Origin: Dehalococcoidia bacterium
GTDB lineage: Bacteria > Chloroflexota > Dehalococcoidia > Plut-88900
DNA: 64,000 nucleotides
Assembly: GCA_965197585.1 (NCBI GenBank)
Contig: OZ240215.1
Coordinates: forward strand, 2,592,001 to 2,656,000
Direction of reading: 5' to 3'
Under the pieces are notes generated by a model that searched no databases, had not been told where the DNA came from, and was given only the letters and a program-made list of their open reading frames with translations. The translations under genes and the position numbers were made by a program. Below, piece after piece: positions 39,000-48,562 of this stretch (the first letter of the stretch is position 1; each line of letters begins with the position of its first letter).

Positions 39000-39815
39000 C
39001 TAGGCTGCTATCCCCGGCTCGAAGTCAGGCCCCACCACCCGCTCCACTGCCTCCGGGGTGGCGTAGGTCGGGGTGACGGTGCCCTGCTCCATGTCCAGGT
39101 AGAGGCCCATGAAGGGGCAAGAGCCCGCCACCATGCGGCGGACCACCTGCAGCACCAGCGACGCCATCATCTGGTTGATGGTGGGGTCCTGGTCGGTGAG
39201 GTCGAGGGCGGCAGCGCAGTCCACGTCCGGCGGCGCGGTCGACACCGCCGTCAGCAGGTCGGGGCGCTGGAGCGTGGGTGCGGGCAGCAGGTAGCAGGTC
39301 TCGCCCTTGAACGCTGGCTCGTCCCAGGTGATCTCGCCTGAGACGTTACCGACCAGCACCTGCCCCCAGTTGGTGTCGTTGCCCGAGTCGACGAGCCACC
39401 GGCCCGGGTCGCCGGGAAGACACTCGGCCATGGCCCTGCGTGCGGCGGCGTTGTCGGCGCAGCCGATGAGCAGGGAGTTCCCGTAGGAGGGAAGGCCGGG
39501 GTAGCAGTTTCCGTGGGGCCGGGAGTCGTATTCCCTGAAGGGGTAGACCGAGTAGCCGACGGGACGCCGGAAGGCCCTGGCCAGCCGTTCGGCCAGGGCC
39601 TGGCTCTTGAATTTACCGACGTCCTCGGCGTAGAAGTTCTGTCGCAGCAGGTTGTGGGGCTCCACCCGGTCGTGGTCGACCAGGACGATGGTGGCTTCCC
39701 GCCCCTGGAAGAGGCGGCAGAGGCCCTCGGCCACGAAGCCGCCGGTGCCACCGCAGCCGACCACGGTGACCCAGGGGTTGTCCAGCAGGAATGAGTTGTC
39801 CAGGTAATAGGGCAT
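39000..39815 (-). CDS. PRTRC ThiF/E1-like activating enzyme
   Basis: VVGCGGTG, DHDRVEPHNLLRQ, K, GCADN, DSGN and a candidate catalytic Cys in VDCA. Confidence 0.9.
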   Translation of the reverse strand: MPYYLDNSFLLDNPWVTVVGCGGTGGFVAEGLCRLFQGREATIVLVDHDRVEPHNLLRQNFYAEDVGKFKSQALAERLARAFRRPVGYSVYPFREYDSRPHGNCYPGLPSYGNSLLIGCADNAAARRAMAECLPGDPGRWLVDSGNDTNWGQVLVGNVSGEITWDEPAFKGETCYLLPAPTLQRPDLLTAVSTAPPDVDCAAALDLTDQDPTINQMMASLVLQVVRRMVAGSCPFMGLYLDMEQGTVTPTYATPEAVERVVGPDFEPGIAA

Positions 39816-39872
39816 GTTCAGTTCACCTCCTTGGGGTTTGGCAAGTGTTTTGCATCGGATCAGCCTCCTCGA

Positions 39873-40466
39873 CTAGCTGCCGGACGTCCCGATCCGGCCG
39901 GCGATCACCTGCGACCAGTCCACCGGGGCGAAGTGGCCGTAGACCCCCAGCCGGAGGCTCAGCTCGGGCCGGGGAGTATTGAGGCGTCCGACGACGCCGT
40001 AGATGCGGAAGCCCTGCTCGTCCCGGTCGTCGGTGGCCGAGAAGAAGGCGCGGGAGCCTCCGTGGGAGTGGAACTCGGCGACCACCCCATCGGGGGGCCG
40101 GTAGGTGACGGAGGTCGAGGTGCCAGTCTGCGGGGGCACCACCAGCTGGTAGACTTCCCCGTCCCAGCACACGGCGAAGAACCGCTCCGTGTCGGGATCG
40201 GTCCGGAGCCAGCGCAGACCCAATTCGAAGAGGTTTGCCGGGATGGGGCCGTGGGAGAGCGCCACCTTCTCGTACACGGGCTTCAACCCGCGCACCTCGC
40301 AGGGGACGAGCAGGACCCGCGCCGCCAGATGGGCGCTCTCGGACTGGACGTAGAGACCGCCCGCTCCGAGCACGTAGTCGTACCCGATACCCTGAGAGCC
40401 CAGGAGTCCACATGGGTGGTTCACCAGGTAGCCCACAGGGTGGGGCCCGGCGCTAGCGGTAGCCGT
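39873..40466 (-). CDS. PRTRC protein A, JAB/MPN metallo-isopeptidase (start uncertain)
   Basis: E...FHSHG..AFFSATDDRDE. Confidence 0.88.
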   Translation of the reverse strand, partial: TATASAGPHPVGYLVNHPCGLLGSQGIGYDYVLGAGGLYVQSESAHLAARVLLVPCEVRGLKPVYEKVALSHGPIPANLFELGLRWLRTDPDTERFFAVCWDGEVYQLVVPPQTGTSTSVTYRPPDGVVAEFHSHGGSRAFFSATDDRDEQGFRIYGVVGRLNTPRPELSLRLGVYGHFAPVDWSQVIAGRIGTSGS

Positions 40467-41163
40467 AGCCCCGTCTCCCCTCGGAGACCGCCATGGCGTG
40501 GGCCAGGGTGCACTGGGGAACAAGGTCTTCCATCGGGTACTCGGTCTTTCCATTGATCTCCTCCCATAGCGCTTGCAGGTTGTCGGTGTGCTTCTTCGAG
40601 CGGTTCCGGGTGTCTCCGGTAAGGGAGAAGTAGGACTGGAAGAAGGACTCGGGTATCAGCCCCACCTCCTCGGGGAACCGGTGGCTTCCGGGGCAGACCC
40701 GCCCGTCTCCGAAGACGTTGAAGGCCGGGGCCCGGAAGAGTTGCTGCTCGGTGTCGGTGGGCCGGCGCGTTGCGGCGTAGACCCAGGGCGCCCGGCCCGG
40801 CGAGCAGACGAGCACCAGCCCCGGCATGGGGAGCCGGAGCCGGGCGGGGGGCTTGAAGGCCTCCCGCTGCAGGGCAACGGACCAGACCTGCGGCGGCCGC
40901 CAGAGGGCCACCACCTGCCCGGTCTCGCCCTGGTTCCACCAGAGGGCGTCCTGGGGCAGCAGCCCCGAGGAGAACCCCAGGTGCCGGGTGAGGGCATTGG
41001 CGATTTCATCTGCGGAGACGGTTCTTACCCATGTGGAGTCGCTATCGAACCCCCTCAGCAGGATGGTCTCCCTGTAGATCTCCATCTGCATCTGGAGACG
41101 GTCCCTGGGTATTTCCGCGGAGCCCGGCAGGGACCATTGGGTCGAATCTAGTTCAACACTCAT
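40453..41163 (-). CDS. PRTRC protein B, prokaryotic E2 family D
   Basis: LPMPGLV, LFRAPAFNVFGDGRVCPG and FFQSYFS. Confidence 0.88.
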   Translation of the reverse strand: MSVELDSTQWSLPGSAEIPRDRLQMQMEIYRETILLRGFDSDSTWVRTVSADEIANALTRHLGFSSGLLPQDALWWNQGETGQVVALWRPPQVWSVALQREAFKPPARLRLPMPGLVLVCSPGRAPWVYAATRRPTDTEQQLFRAPAFNVFGDGRVCPGSHRFPEEVGLIPESFFQSYFSLTGDTRNRSKKHTDNLQALWEEINGKTEYPMEDLVPQCTLAHAMAVSEGRRGYGYR

Positions 41164-41989
41164 CGTTTACCTCCTGTTCTCGGTTTGGGAGCCTCCCCAG
41201 GACGAAGTCCAGCATCTCGGCGAAGCGGCCGGGGAGGTCCTCCTCCAGCCAGTCGGTCAACTGCGTCACCGAGTCCATGAGGGCGCTGGCCTTGCGCCAC
41301 TCCTCGGTTCCGTCCTCGATTACCTCTTCCTCCCAGGGGTCTGCGAACCCCTCGTACATGCCGTCGTCGTAGCAGTGGTCGAGGAAGAAGTTGCCGGTCT
41401 CGGCCCAGACCCAGGTGCAGGCTTGGGCCGCCCCCTCGAACCTGCTCCTCTCGAGCGCTTCTATGAGGGCGTCCAGGGGTATGCCTCCTTTGGGGATGTT
41501 GAGCAGGGTCTGCTGCGGGATGAGGGCGGCGGCCGATTCAAGCCACGCCACCCGGAGCCCGTCGGGTTCCTCGTAGAAGGTATCGGGGGGCTTGACCAGG
41601 AGGACCAGGGCCGAGAGCCCGTCGCGGTAGCCGTCCCACATCTCGTGGAGGCCGTCGTAGCCGAAGCCCATCAGCTCGAAGGGGATGCCCCTCCGAAGCC
41701 ATGTCCAGGGCGGTTCGTCCCCGTCTTCCATGTAGTAGTCGAAGAACGGGGCGTAGAGGGGGAAGTGCCGCTCTCCGAAGAGATTGGCGAAGCGCTCCAC
41801 CCTCGTGCGCACGTCGGGGGCCGAAAGCACCGCCTCCGCTTCCTCGGGGAAAAGGCGGCGTACCAGAGCCGTGAACCATGCGTAGTCGCCGGCGTGGCCG
41901 GCCAGCGCGACCAGCTCCCGCAGCGACGGCGGACGCCGAAGGAGCAGTTTCGCCAGGCCGCTCAGGCTCGGCGGGGCCACAGATGCCAC
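41153..41989 (-). CDS. Hypothetical protein at the PRTRC protein F position
   Basis: 278-aa ORF overlapping its neighbours, between the Ubl and E2 genes. Confidence 0.6.
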   Translation of the reverse strand: MASVAPPSLSGLAKLLLRRPPSLRELVALAGHAGDYAWFTALVRRLFPEEAEAVLSAPDVRTRVERFANLFGERHFPLYAPFFDYYMEDGDEPPWTWLRRGIPFELMGFGYDGLHEMWDGYRDGLSALVLLVKPPDTFYEEPDGLRVAWLESAAALIPQQTLLNIPKGGIPLDALIEALERSRFEGAAQACTWVWAETGNFFLDHCYDDGMYEGFADPWEEEVIEDGTEEWRKASALMDSVTQLTDWLEEDLPGRFAEMLDFVLGRLPNREQEVNDEC

Positions 41990-42192
41990 CGCAGCGCCTC
42001 CAGTAGCCGCCCCGTAGACGCGGCGTAGTCCTGGGCCTGGACGCAGGCCAGCTCCACGTCACTCTGCCTTGCGGCCGCGGCGTCCAGGTCGAAGGAGCCG
42101 TCGGGCCGTGTGAGCTCCGCCGTGAGCTCAAGGATGCTGAGGTCCGCCGGCGGCGTTGCCGCCAGCAGACCGGCGAAAGTCCGGTTGTCCAT
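41962..42192 (-). CDS. Small hypothetical protein
   Basis: RBS aaggaggg; lies within the operon. Confidence 0.65.
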   Translation of the reverse strand: MDNRTFAGLLAATPPADLSILELTAELTRPDGSFDLDAAAARQSDVELACVQAQDYAASTGRLLEALRWHLWPRRA

Positions 42193-42205
42193 GGGACTCC
42201 CTCCT

Positions 42206-42412
42206 TCAGTTCGGGGCGCAGGTGCAGGCGCCCTTGGTGCCCACCCGCCGCTGGAACTCGTAGATGGTGTCGTCTCCCCTCTTGGTCTCCTTCACCGAGG
42301 CGCCCGTGATCTCCCCGTAGAAGTCGGCCAATGTGCCCTTCACCTGCTCGACGCTCATCTGGGGGTCCGGGTCTGGGAACTCGCGGTCGTCGTAGACGAA
42401 TATGCGTGCCAT
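42206..42412 (-). CDS. PRTRC protein C, ubiquitin-like modifier
   Basis: RIFVY..FPDPDPQMSVEQVK..FYGEI..YEFQRRVGTKG. Confidence 0.88.
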   Translation of the reverse strand: MARIFVYDDREFPDPDPQMSVEQVKGTLADFYGEITGASVKETKRGDDTIYEFQRRVGTKGACTCAPN

Positions 42413-42549
42413 GGTTCATCTCCTTGTGAGTGTTGTGTTCGCTGCGTTGCTTCGTTGGCGGCGCCCCGTTCAGGACACCGTTTGGGCCTCCCTGACCGGC
42501 AGAAGGAGGACACCTGAGGGTAGGTGTCCTCCCCCCGTGCGCTGCGGCC

Positions 42550-44910
42550 TCAGCTTCCCGCGCTGACCGGCACTTCCTCTCTCTCTTGCTCCATGCTCAT
42601 TGCCCACTCGAACATCGAGAGGCTTGCCGGCTGAGGCTTGCTACCCCTGGGCTTCACCGGCTCCTCGGCCATAAACTGCGCCCAGGAGAACAGCGATCCA
42701 CCAGTGGCGGACGGCTCCGGGGCCTCGTCGTGGTGGCCGTTCCGGTTGCCGTTGGCGGGAATCGCGGCGTGGCCGTTCCCGTGGCGGCCGTTGCTCAGGA
42801 CTAGTTCGACCGTCGGCCCGATGTCGTCATGGCGGCCGCTGCCGTTGACCCCTACGGCCTCCGACTCGACCTCGACGACCTTCCAGCCGTCGTCTACCAG
42901 CAACTCCTCGGCGCTGGCCTCGGCGTCCCTGGCATGTGCGAACACCTCCTCCACCGTCTCGGCCCCGTCCTCCTCGCCGCTGACGATCTTGCGGGCCAGG
43001 GCCATCATCAGGTCGTCACCGTCGTCGCCGTAGGCGGCCAGCCCGTCCTCCGGCAGCTCCCCCTCCACCGCAAGCGATGATTGGAGCTTCTTCGCCACCA
43101 GCTTCAGGGCGTCGGCCTGCAGCGTGTTCCGGTAGGACATGAACACCACCTTGACCGGGCGGGTCTGTCCGATGCGCCAGGAGCGGCGGGACGCCTGCCG
43201 CATGACGTAGACCGAGTAGTCGGTCTCGTACCAGCAGAGGGTCTGGAAGTCGATGAGGTCGAGGCCGGTCTGCACCAGCCTGGGATGGCAGATGAGCACG
43301 TCGATGCCTTGCTTGACCTTCTCCGCGACCCACGCCTCCCTCTTGTCAGGGGCCACGGCGTCTGCCTTCATCACCGCAACCCGGAACCCGTGCCGGGTGA
43401 GGATGTCGTCCATCCGCCCGGTGATGTCCCGTGTTCCCGTGTGGGTGGCGTAGACCAGCACCCTGCGGCCCTCCAGCCGCTCGGCGGCCACGAGGTCCAG
43501 CAGGGACTTCTCCTTGGGATAGAGCCGCTCCTCGGAGAGGGGCGGCACCTGGACGATCACCTCCCCGCTCCTGGGGTCGAAGACCGTCTCTCCCCTGGTG
43601 CAGCCGTCGGGGTAGGCCAATAGGGTCTGAAGGTAGGTGGCCAGCAGCCGTTTGGAGCCGCTCCTGAGGGCGTCCGCCAGCTCCTTTCGCAGCTCCTCGA
43701 ACACGGTGTTGTAGGCCGTGCGCTGGGAGTAGCCAGTCGCGTCCTCTTCGGAGTCCATGGAGGACAGCAGTATCTGCTCCTCGTAGGGGGGCAGGCCCGA
43801 GGCCACGTCGGCAAGTTTGAGGAAGACGGTGTTGCCGATGATGTGGAAGAGGGCCGAGGGCACTAGGCCCGGCCGCTCCCTGACCACCTTGCGGAACTTG
43901 CGGCGGCGGCTGTTGCGCCCGTCCTCCAGGGTGTCGTCGTCGGGCTTGCCGATGCTGTGCTCCTCGAAGCCGTACCGCTTTATCCAGCGGTGCTCGTCGG
44001 AGCGGTCGAACTCCGTTCTGAGCTCCGGGCTGAACCTGTAGAGCAGGTGGAAGATGGTCGAGGAGTAGCCACCGAGCAGCGTGCCCGTCAGGCTGAGGGA
44101 CTTGCCGCAAACGTCGGCGAGGACTCCGGCGGCGATGCCCTGGGCCGAGCCCCGCCCCTTGTACTCGTGGACCTCGTCTCCGATGAGCAGGTCGAAGAAG
44201 CCCTTCATCCTGTGCTTCACGTAGTCGGAGAGGGGGTAGCGGGCGGGGCCGGACTTGTCGGCCTGCCACAGGGGGGAGCCACAGTTGGCGCAAGTGTGCT
44301 TCCTGCGGTTCAGGTCGGCGTCCGTCAGGGGCACGCCGTCCTTATCCACGATCTGCGCCGTGCAGTCGGGGCAGCAGGGGACCCGGAACGGCTCTCCCGT
44401 CTCCTCGTCCCGCACCAGCCTTCCCGCCGCCGCGGCCCACCGCTCTACGATGGCGGGCTTCCAGCGGTAGGAGAGCTTTGCCCTCTCCCTGGACATGACG
44501 GCGAAGAGGGGGCCTGAGCCTGCGGAGAGGCGGAGCCGCTCAAGGTCGGTGATGGAGGTTACGATGGCAGCCCGTGCGAAGGGCACGGTCTGCTCCACCT
44601 CCCGCTTCCATTTCTTAGTCAGGTGGGGAGGGCAGAGGATGAGTATCCTCCTGAACCCCGCCATGTGCGCGGCCGCCGCGCCGATGAATGTCTTGCCGGT
44701 ACCCATCTCGCCGACCACGGTGGTGCCCCGATGGGCCTTGAGGGAGAGGGCGGCGGCGCGGATGGCGTCGGCCTGCGCCCCCAGGGGAGTGCGGAGCAGG
44801 GAAGGCAGCCCGTGCCCGTCATCCGAGGGCCGGTAGAGGGGCGGGTAGGACTCCACCACCCTGCGGGCGATGGCCTCCCTGTATGTATCGATGAACTCTC
44901 CGAGGTTCAC
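42550..44910 (-). CDS. SF2 (SNF2-like) helicase with Zn ribbon
   Basis: GEMGTGKT, DEVH, LTGT, TGLDL, QASRRSWRIGQ and CxxC pairs. Confidence 0.88.
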   Translation of the reverse strand: MNLGEFIDTYREAIARRVVESYPPLYRPSDDGHGLPSLLRTPLGAQADAIRAAALSLKAHRGTTVVGEMGTGKTFIGAAAAHMAGFRRILILCPPHLTKKWKREVEQTVPFARAAIVTSITDLERLRLSAGSGPLFAVMSRERAKLSYRWKPAIVERWAAAAGRLVRDEETGEPFRVPCCPDCTAQIVDKDGVPLTDADLNRRKHTCANCGSPLWQADKSGPARYPLSDYVKHRMKGFFDLLIGDEVHEYKGRGSAQGIAAGVLADVCGKSLSLTGTLLGGYSSTIFHLLYRFSPELRTEFDRSDEHRWIKRYGFEEHSIGKPDDDTLEDGRNSRRRKFRKVVRERPGLVPSALFHIIGNTVFLKLADVASGLPPYEEQILLSSMDSEEDATGYSQRTAYNTVFEELRKELADALRSGSKRLLATYLQTLLAYPDGCTRGETVFDPRSGEVIVQVPPLSEERLYPKEKSLLDLVAAERLEGRRVLVYATHTGTRDITGRMDDILTRHGFRVAVMKADAVAPDKREAWVAEKVKQGIDVLICHPRLVQTGLDLIDFQTLCWYETDYSVYVMRQASRRSWRIGQTRPVKVVFMSYRNTLQADALKLVAKKLQSSLAVEGELPEDGLAAYGDDGDDLMMALARKIVSGEEDGAETVEEVFAHARDAEASAEELLVDDGWKVVEVESEAVGVNGSGRHDDIGPTVELVLSNGRHGNGHAAIPANGNRNGHHDEAPEPSATGGSLFSWAQFMAEEPVKPRGSKPQPASLSMFEWAMSMEQEREEVPVSAGS

Positions 44911-45029
44911 TGTGCGCCTCCTTACTTATCTATAGATGCGTGTTGTAGTCGTGAAGATGAAGAGAGACCCCGCCGCCCTTTGGAGTGGGCGAGCGGGGTC
45001 TCGGTGTGCGGCCCGGCGGAATGGGCCGG

Positions 45030-46070
45030 CTATGCTGCGATGTCGGTTACCTCGCCGTCGTCCAGGTCCAGGGCCGTGACGGTGGTGCTGAGCCTCTCAC
45101 GGTAGACTTCCTTTTGAGGGGTGTCCTCCACCAGTATCATCTCCTTGGTGGTGCGTCCCTTGACCAGGATTCGCCTGCCTTCTGCCTCCAGCACCAGGTT
45201 GTCCAGGAACCCTGCCGCAACCAGCATGGCCATGTGGCCCCGCCGCAGGGGCATCAGGGGACGGGTGCGGCTGTCCCCGGCGGGCCAGAGGGCGTCGGTG
45301 ACCGCCGTGGTGGCCCACAGCCCCGAGGACCGGGCCTCCCTGGCCGCCGCAACCGGGTCCACCGTGCGGGTGGCGAACAGTATGTCGCCCGCGGGGGTTA
45401 TGGAGGGGGAGTAGGCGGGGTAGTCGTGCGGCGACAGTCCCTCGGGCTCCCCCAGGGCCCACTCCCTCACCCGCCCCTCGGCGTAGGCGTTGGGGGATGG
45501 GTCCGCCTTCCTGTAACCCATGAGCACCACCTGGTCATATGCCTCCCGCTCGGGCCTGGGGAATGCCCAGCAGCGGAGCGTTGCGTAGTGGGTGGCCAGG
45601 TAGCGGGCCGACACCGCCAGCCGCGACCTGGGGACGATGAAGACCAGTAGGCCCTCCTCGGCCAGGTAGCGGGTGCAGTGGGTCAGGAAACGGTGCTCCA
45701 CTCTCTTCTCGTCACCGGCATCCCAGTCGTAGGGCGGGTTGAGGTAGAGGAGTCCGAAGGACCCGTTGGCCATGGAGGTCCGGAACAGGTCGGAGGCCAG
45801 CGAGTGGTCCAGTAAGCCCCGGGCCTCTTCGGCTCTGTCCCTGTGCAGCTCCACGCCGAAGGTCTCGATGGGCAGGCCGTTGGGCCTGCCCAGGCATTCG
45901 GCCAGCAGCGACAACGCCTCGCCGGCCCCGCAGCAGGGGTCGAGGATGCGCAGCGTCTTGCCCCTGCTGTAGTAGGAGAGCCGTGGGGTGTCTACCAGCG
46001 TGGCGATCATCTCCACCACCCTATCGGGTGTGGGATAGAAGCCTCCCTTTGCCTGGGCTGCCAGTCTCAT
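45030..46070 (-). CDS. Orphan adenine DNA methyltransferase (DUF6094-like)
   Basis: GFYPTP, LDPCCGAG and LNPPY. Confidence 0.88.
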   Translation of the reverse strand: MRLAAQAKGGFYPTPDRVVEMIATLVDTPRLSYYSRGKTLRILDPCCGAGEALSLLAECLGRPNGLPIETFGVELHRDRAEEARGLLDHSLASDLFRTSMANGSFGLLYLNPPYDWDAGDEKRVEHRFLTHCTRYLAEEGLLVFIVPRSRLAVSARYLATHYATLRCWAFPRPEREAYDQVVLMGYRKADPSPNAYAEGRVREWALGEPEGLSPHDYPAYSPSITPAGDILFATRTVDPVAAAREARSSGLWATTAVTDALWPAGDSRTRPLMPLRRGHMAMLVAAGFLDNLVLEAEGRRILVKGRTTKEMILVEDTPQKEVYRERLSTTVTALDLDDGEVTDIAA

Positions 46071-46345
46071 CTTGCACCTCCTATCTCAATGTCCATTAGG
46101 GTCGAGGATTCGTGCTCGCGCCGGTCGGCGAGGCAGCAGCAGTCGACGTTGCCGTTCACCGTCTCCAGGTAGCGCTCCACGCTGAGGGCCTGGAAGACCA
46201 CCTCTCCCCCGCAGGCGGCGCAGTGGTGGATGACCCCGGCGTGGACGTAGACGCCGCGCTCTCCCGTGACCGCCGAGGGTCCGCCGCACAGGGGACAGTC
46301 GAATACCAGGGTCCTGTCCCGGTTCCTGTCGTTTGCTTTGGTCAT
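46067..46345 (-). CDS. Small Zn-ribbon protein
   Basis: CPLC...CAAC; ATGA-coupled on both sides. Confidence 0.7.
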   Translation of the reverse strand: MTKANDRNRDRTLVFDCPLCGGPSAVTGERGVYVHAGVIHHCAACGGEVVFQALSVERYLETVNGNVDCCCLADRREHESSTLMDIEIGGAR

Positions 46346-46749
46346 GGCCTTTCTCCTTTCTCTGGTTCGTTGCCGTTCCCGATGCCGACGGCCTCGCCGG
46401 TGGCCAGGTTGCGCTGGAAGCAGAGGACCTGGTGGGTGCCCAGCTCCCGGGCGCAGGGCCGGCAAAAGGCGGTGATGAGTTCGGCGTCTCTGGCGACTAC
46501 AATCCTTCTTACGAGGACTGGCCCACCGGGCACGTTGTGCCTGTAGAGGGGCAGGAAGGGATCCCTCTCCTCCTCCGGGGTGGCTTTCCTGAAGAAATGG
46601 GGCTGGCCCGAGGTACAGAGGTGTCTCGATGAGTCGTGGGGGCAGTAGCGGCAGGTGACGCCGTCGGGGGAGAAGCGCAGCCATGCCCTCCCATGGCGTG
46701 CCTGCCTTCTCTTGTTAGGGCGTTTGGCCGGACTCAGGGTTTTATCCAT
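46342..46749 (-). CDS. Hypothetical Cys-rich protein
   Basis: CRYCPH..H and CRPC; RBS ggagg. Confidence 0.65.
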   Translation of the reverse strand: MDKTLSPAKRPNKRRQARHGRAWLRFSPDGVTCRYCPHDSSRHLCTSGQPHFFRKATPEEERDPFLPLYRHNVPGGPVLVRRIVVARDAELITAFCRPCARELGTHQVLCFQRNLATGEAVGIGNGNEPEKGERP

Positions 46750-47380
46750 CGCCAACCTCCTCCTTTAAGGTAAGAGTGCCCAGGGCCACGGCATCAGACA
46801 GGTCGCCCCTGAGCCGCTCCGCGTTGGGAGAGCAGACGTAGGCTGTTATCCCCGCGGACTGGAGGGGCACTATCTCACCGTTGCGCAGCCCCCGGCGCCA
46901 GAGCCAGGGGGCCCAGGAGCGGTGGAGAGGCAGGGGACTGCGCCGGTCGAGGAACCGGCGGTGGAGGTCCGGGGCCTCATCCCCGGAGCGGGCAAGCAGC
47001 AGGAAGTCGTCCCTCTCGAAGGAGAACTCCGCCAAGCGGGTGTAGACCAGGGCGTGCCAGCCGCCCGTGGTGGGAAGCCGGGCTATCTTCGTGGTCCAGG
47101 TGCCGATGGTGTGATGGGGTATTGAGCTGCGCAGGAAGTCCCCGGTGAACTCCCCGCCGTCGGCCCCCCGGATGAGGTGGGCCGCCTCCGGGGGCTGCTT
47201 GAGCAGGGAGGCCCATATGGCCTTGAGGGCGGTCTGGGGGCCGACCATGGAAAGGAACCACAGCTCCCCGGAGTCTTGCTTCCGGGCGAAGGCGTCGGCG
47301 GTGGCGGAGTAGCCTCCGGCGCTGACGGTGTAGAGCTCCTCGGGGTTCACCGGCTCGATGGTGCGTCGGGTTGTTGCCAT
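46742..47380 (-). CDS. Hypothetical ICE backbone protein
   Basis: 212-aa ORF overlapping the downstream gene; LPLHRSWAPWLW motif. Confidence 0.7.
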   Translation of the reverse strand: MATTRRTIEPVNPEELYTVSAGGYSATADAFARKQDSGELWFLSMVGPQTALKAIWASLLKQPPEAAHLIRGADGGEFTGDFLRSSIPHHTIGTWTTKIARLPTTGGWHALVYTRLAEFSFERDDFLLLARSGDEAPDLHRRFLDRRSPLPLHRSWAPWLWRRGLRNGEIVPLQSAGITAYVCSPNAERLRGDLSDAVALGTLTLKEEVGDG

Positions 47381-47423
47381 GCGTTTTTTCCTCTCTTGTT
47401 CTCATTGGGCGATGTGGGAGTAG

Positions 47424-47933
47424 TTACTCGGGGAAGCAGCCCAGCTCCTTGAGGCTGACGGCCCTGTCGTGCCCGATAACCACGTGGTCCAGCAGGTCTA
47501 TGTCCAGGAGCCTGGCGGCCCGGTACAGGTCGCCGGTGAGGGCCCTGTCCTGGGAGCTGGGGGTGGGGTCTCCGCTGGGGTGGTTGTGGACCAGGATGAA
47601 GTGGGGAGCGGATTCGGCTACGGCGGGGCGCAGCACCTCGGCGGGCCTTACCATCACCGAGTTCACGTTCCCCTGGTAGACCACCCTCTGGCCCATGACC
47701 CGGTTCTTGACGTCGAGTAGCAGGACCCTGAGCTGCTCCTGGGCCAGGGGCGTCATCTCGGGGCCGAGGAGCCGGTGCACGTCCCCGGGGCAGGTGATGG
47801 CCGGGGCGTCGTCGTGGTGCGGGGGCCGGGTGTCGACCTGGTACCTGACGGCCAGCTCTGATAGCAGGCCCAGGTTGCTCCTCAGGGCCTCCAGCAGGAC
47901 GTCGTTCTCGGTGGGCGCCTTGTGTCGTTTCAT
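47424..47933 (-). CDS. radC: RadC-like JAB domain protein
   Basis: QEQLRV, HNHPSGDPTPSSQD and LLDHVVIG. Confidence 0.92.
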   Translation of the reverse strand: MKRHKAPTENDVLLEALRSNLGLLSELAVRYQVDTRPPHHDDAPAITCPGDVHRLLGPEMTPLAQEQLRVLLLDVKNRVMGQRVVYQGNVNSVMVRPAEVLRPAVAESAPHFILVHNHPSGDPTPSSQDRALTGDLYRAARLLDIDLLDHVVIGHDRAVSLKELGCFPE

Positions 47934-48042
47934 GTTGGTTCTCCCGTAGGGTTGATGGTGCCAAGAAAAGCAGCGGGGCCGCTCCCTGCACAGGAGTGCG
48001 GCCCCGTGGTGCGCCCCGGCTCCCGGGGCGTCGGCGTGAGGG

Positions 48043-48438
48043 CTAGAACGGGGACCCGGCAACCGCCTCCGAGGCGTGGGCCGGGCTGCCGTTGCCGTTC
48101 CTCTCGCTCCGGCCGTTGCGGGAGTCGAGGAAGACGACCTCCCCGGCGTGGACCTCGGTGCGGCGCCGGCGCTGCCCGTCTTCCGTCTCCCAGCAGTTCT
48201 GCACCAGCCGTCCCGCAACGTAGATGCGGTCGCCCTTGCCAACGTACTCGTTCACCGCCTCGGCCTGTTTGCTCCAGCACACGATGTCGTGCCAGTCCGT
48301 TTCCTTCTCCCCGTCCTGGCGCCGCCGGTCGGTGGCCAGGCTGAGGCGTGTGACGGCGGTGCCGTTCGGGGTGTAGCGCATCTCGGGCTGGGCGCCAACG
48401 CGTCCCAGTAGCTCTACCTTGTTAACTGTCCTGGACAT
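48043..48438 (-). CDS. ssb: Single-stranded DNA-binding protein
   Basis: VNKVELLGR..PEMRYTPNG..TDWHDIV..KGDRIYVAGRL; ends in PF. Confidence 0.93.
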   Translation of the reverse strand: MSRTVNKVELLGRVGAQPEMRYTPNGTAVTRLSLATDRRRQDGEKETDWHDIVCWSKQAEAVNEYVGKGDRIYVAGRLVQNCWETEDGQRRRRTEVHAGEVVFLDSRNGRSERNGNGSPAHASEAVAGSPF

Positions 48439-48562
48439 CTCGGTCCTCCTTCTTGGGTCTTGGGGTGCGGGTTCACCCGCACCCGGTGCTTGATAGACGC
48501 CGGGGCCGCCCTTCCCGCAGGGGAAGAGGCGGCCCCGTTGTGCGCTCCCCTGGGGGAAGCGT

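Noticed and set aside
26681-42412. PRTRC E1/E2/JAB acting as CBASS Cap2/Cap3
   Set aside because: This CBASS is HORMA/TRIP13 type, the CD-NTase ends GPSFKV without a terminal Gly, and the cassette has its own Ubl about 11 kb away.
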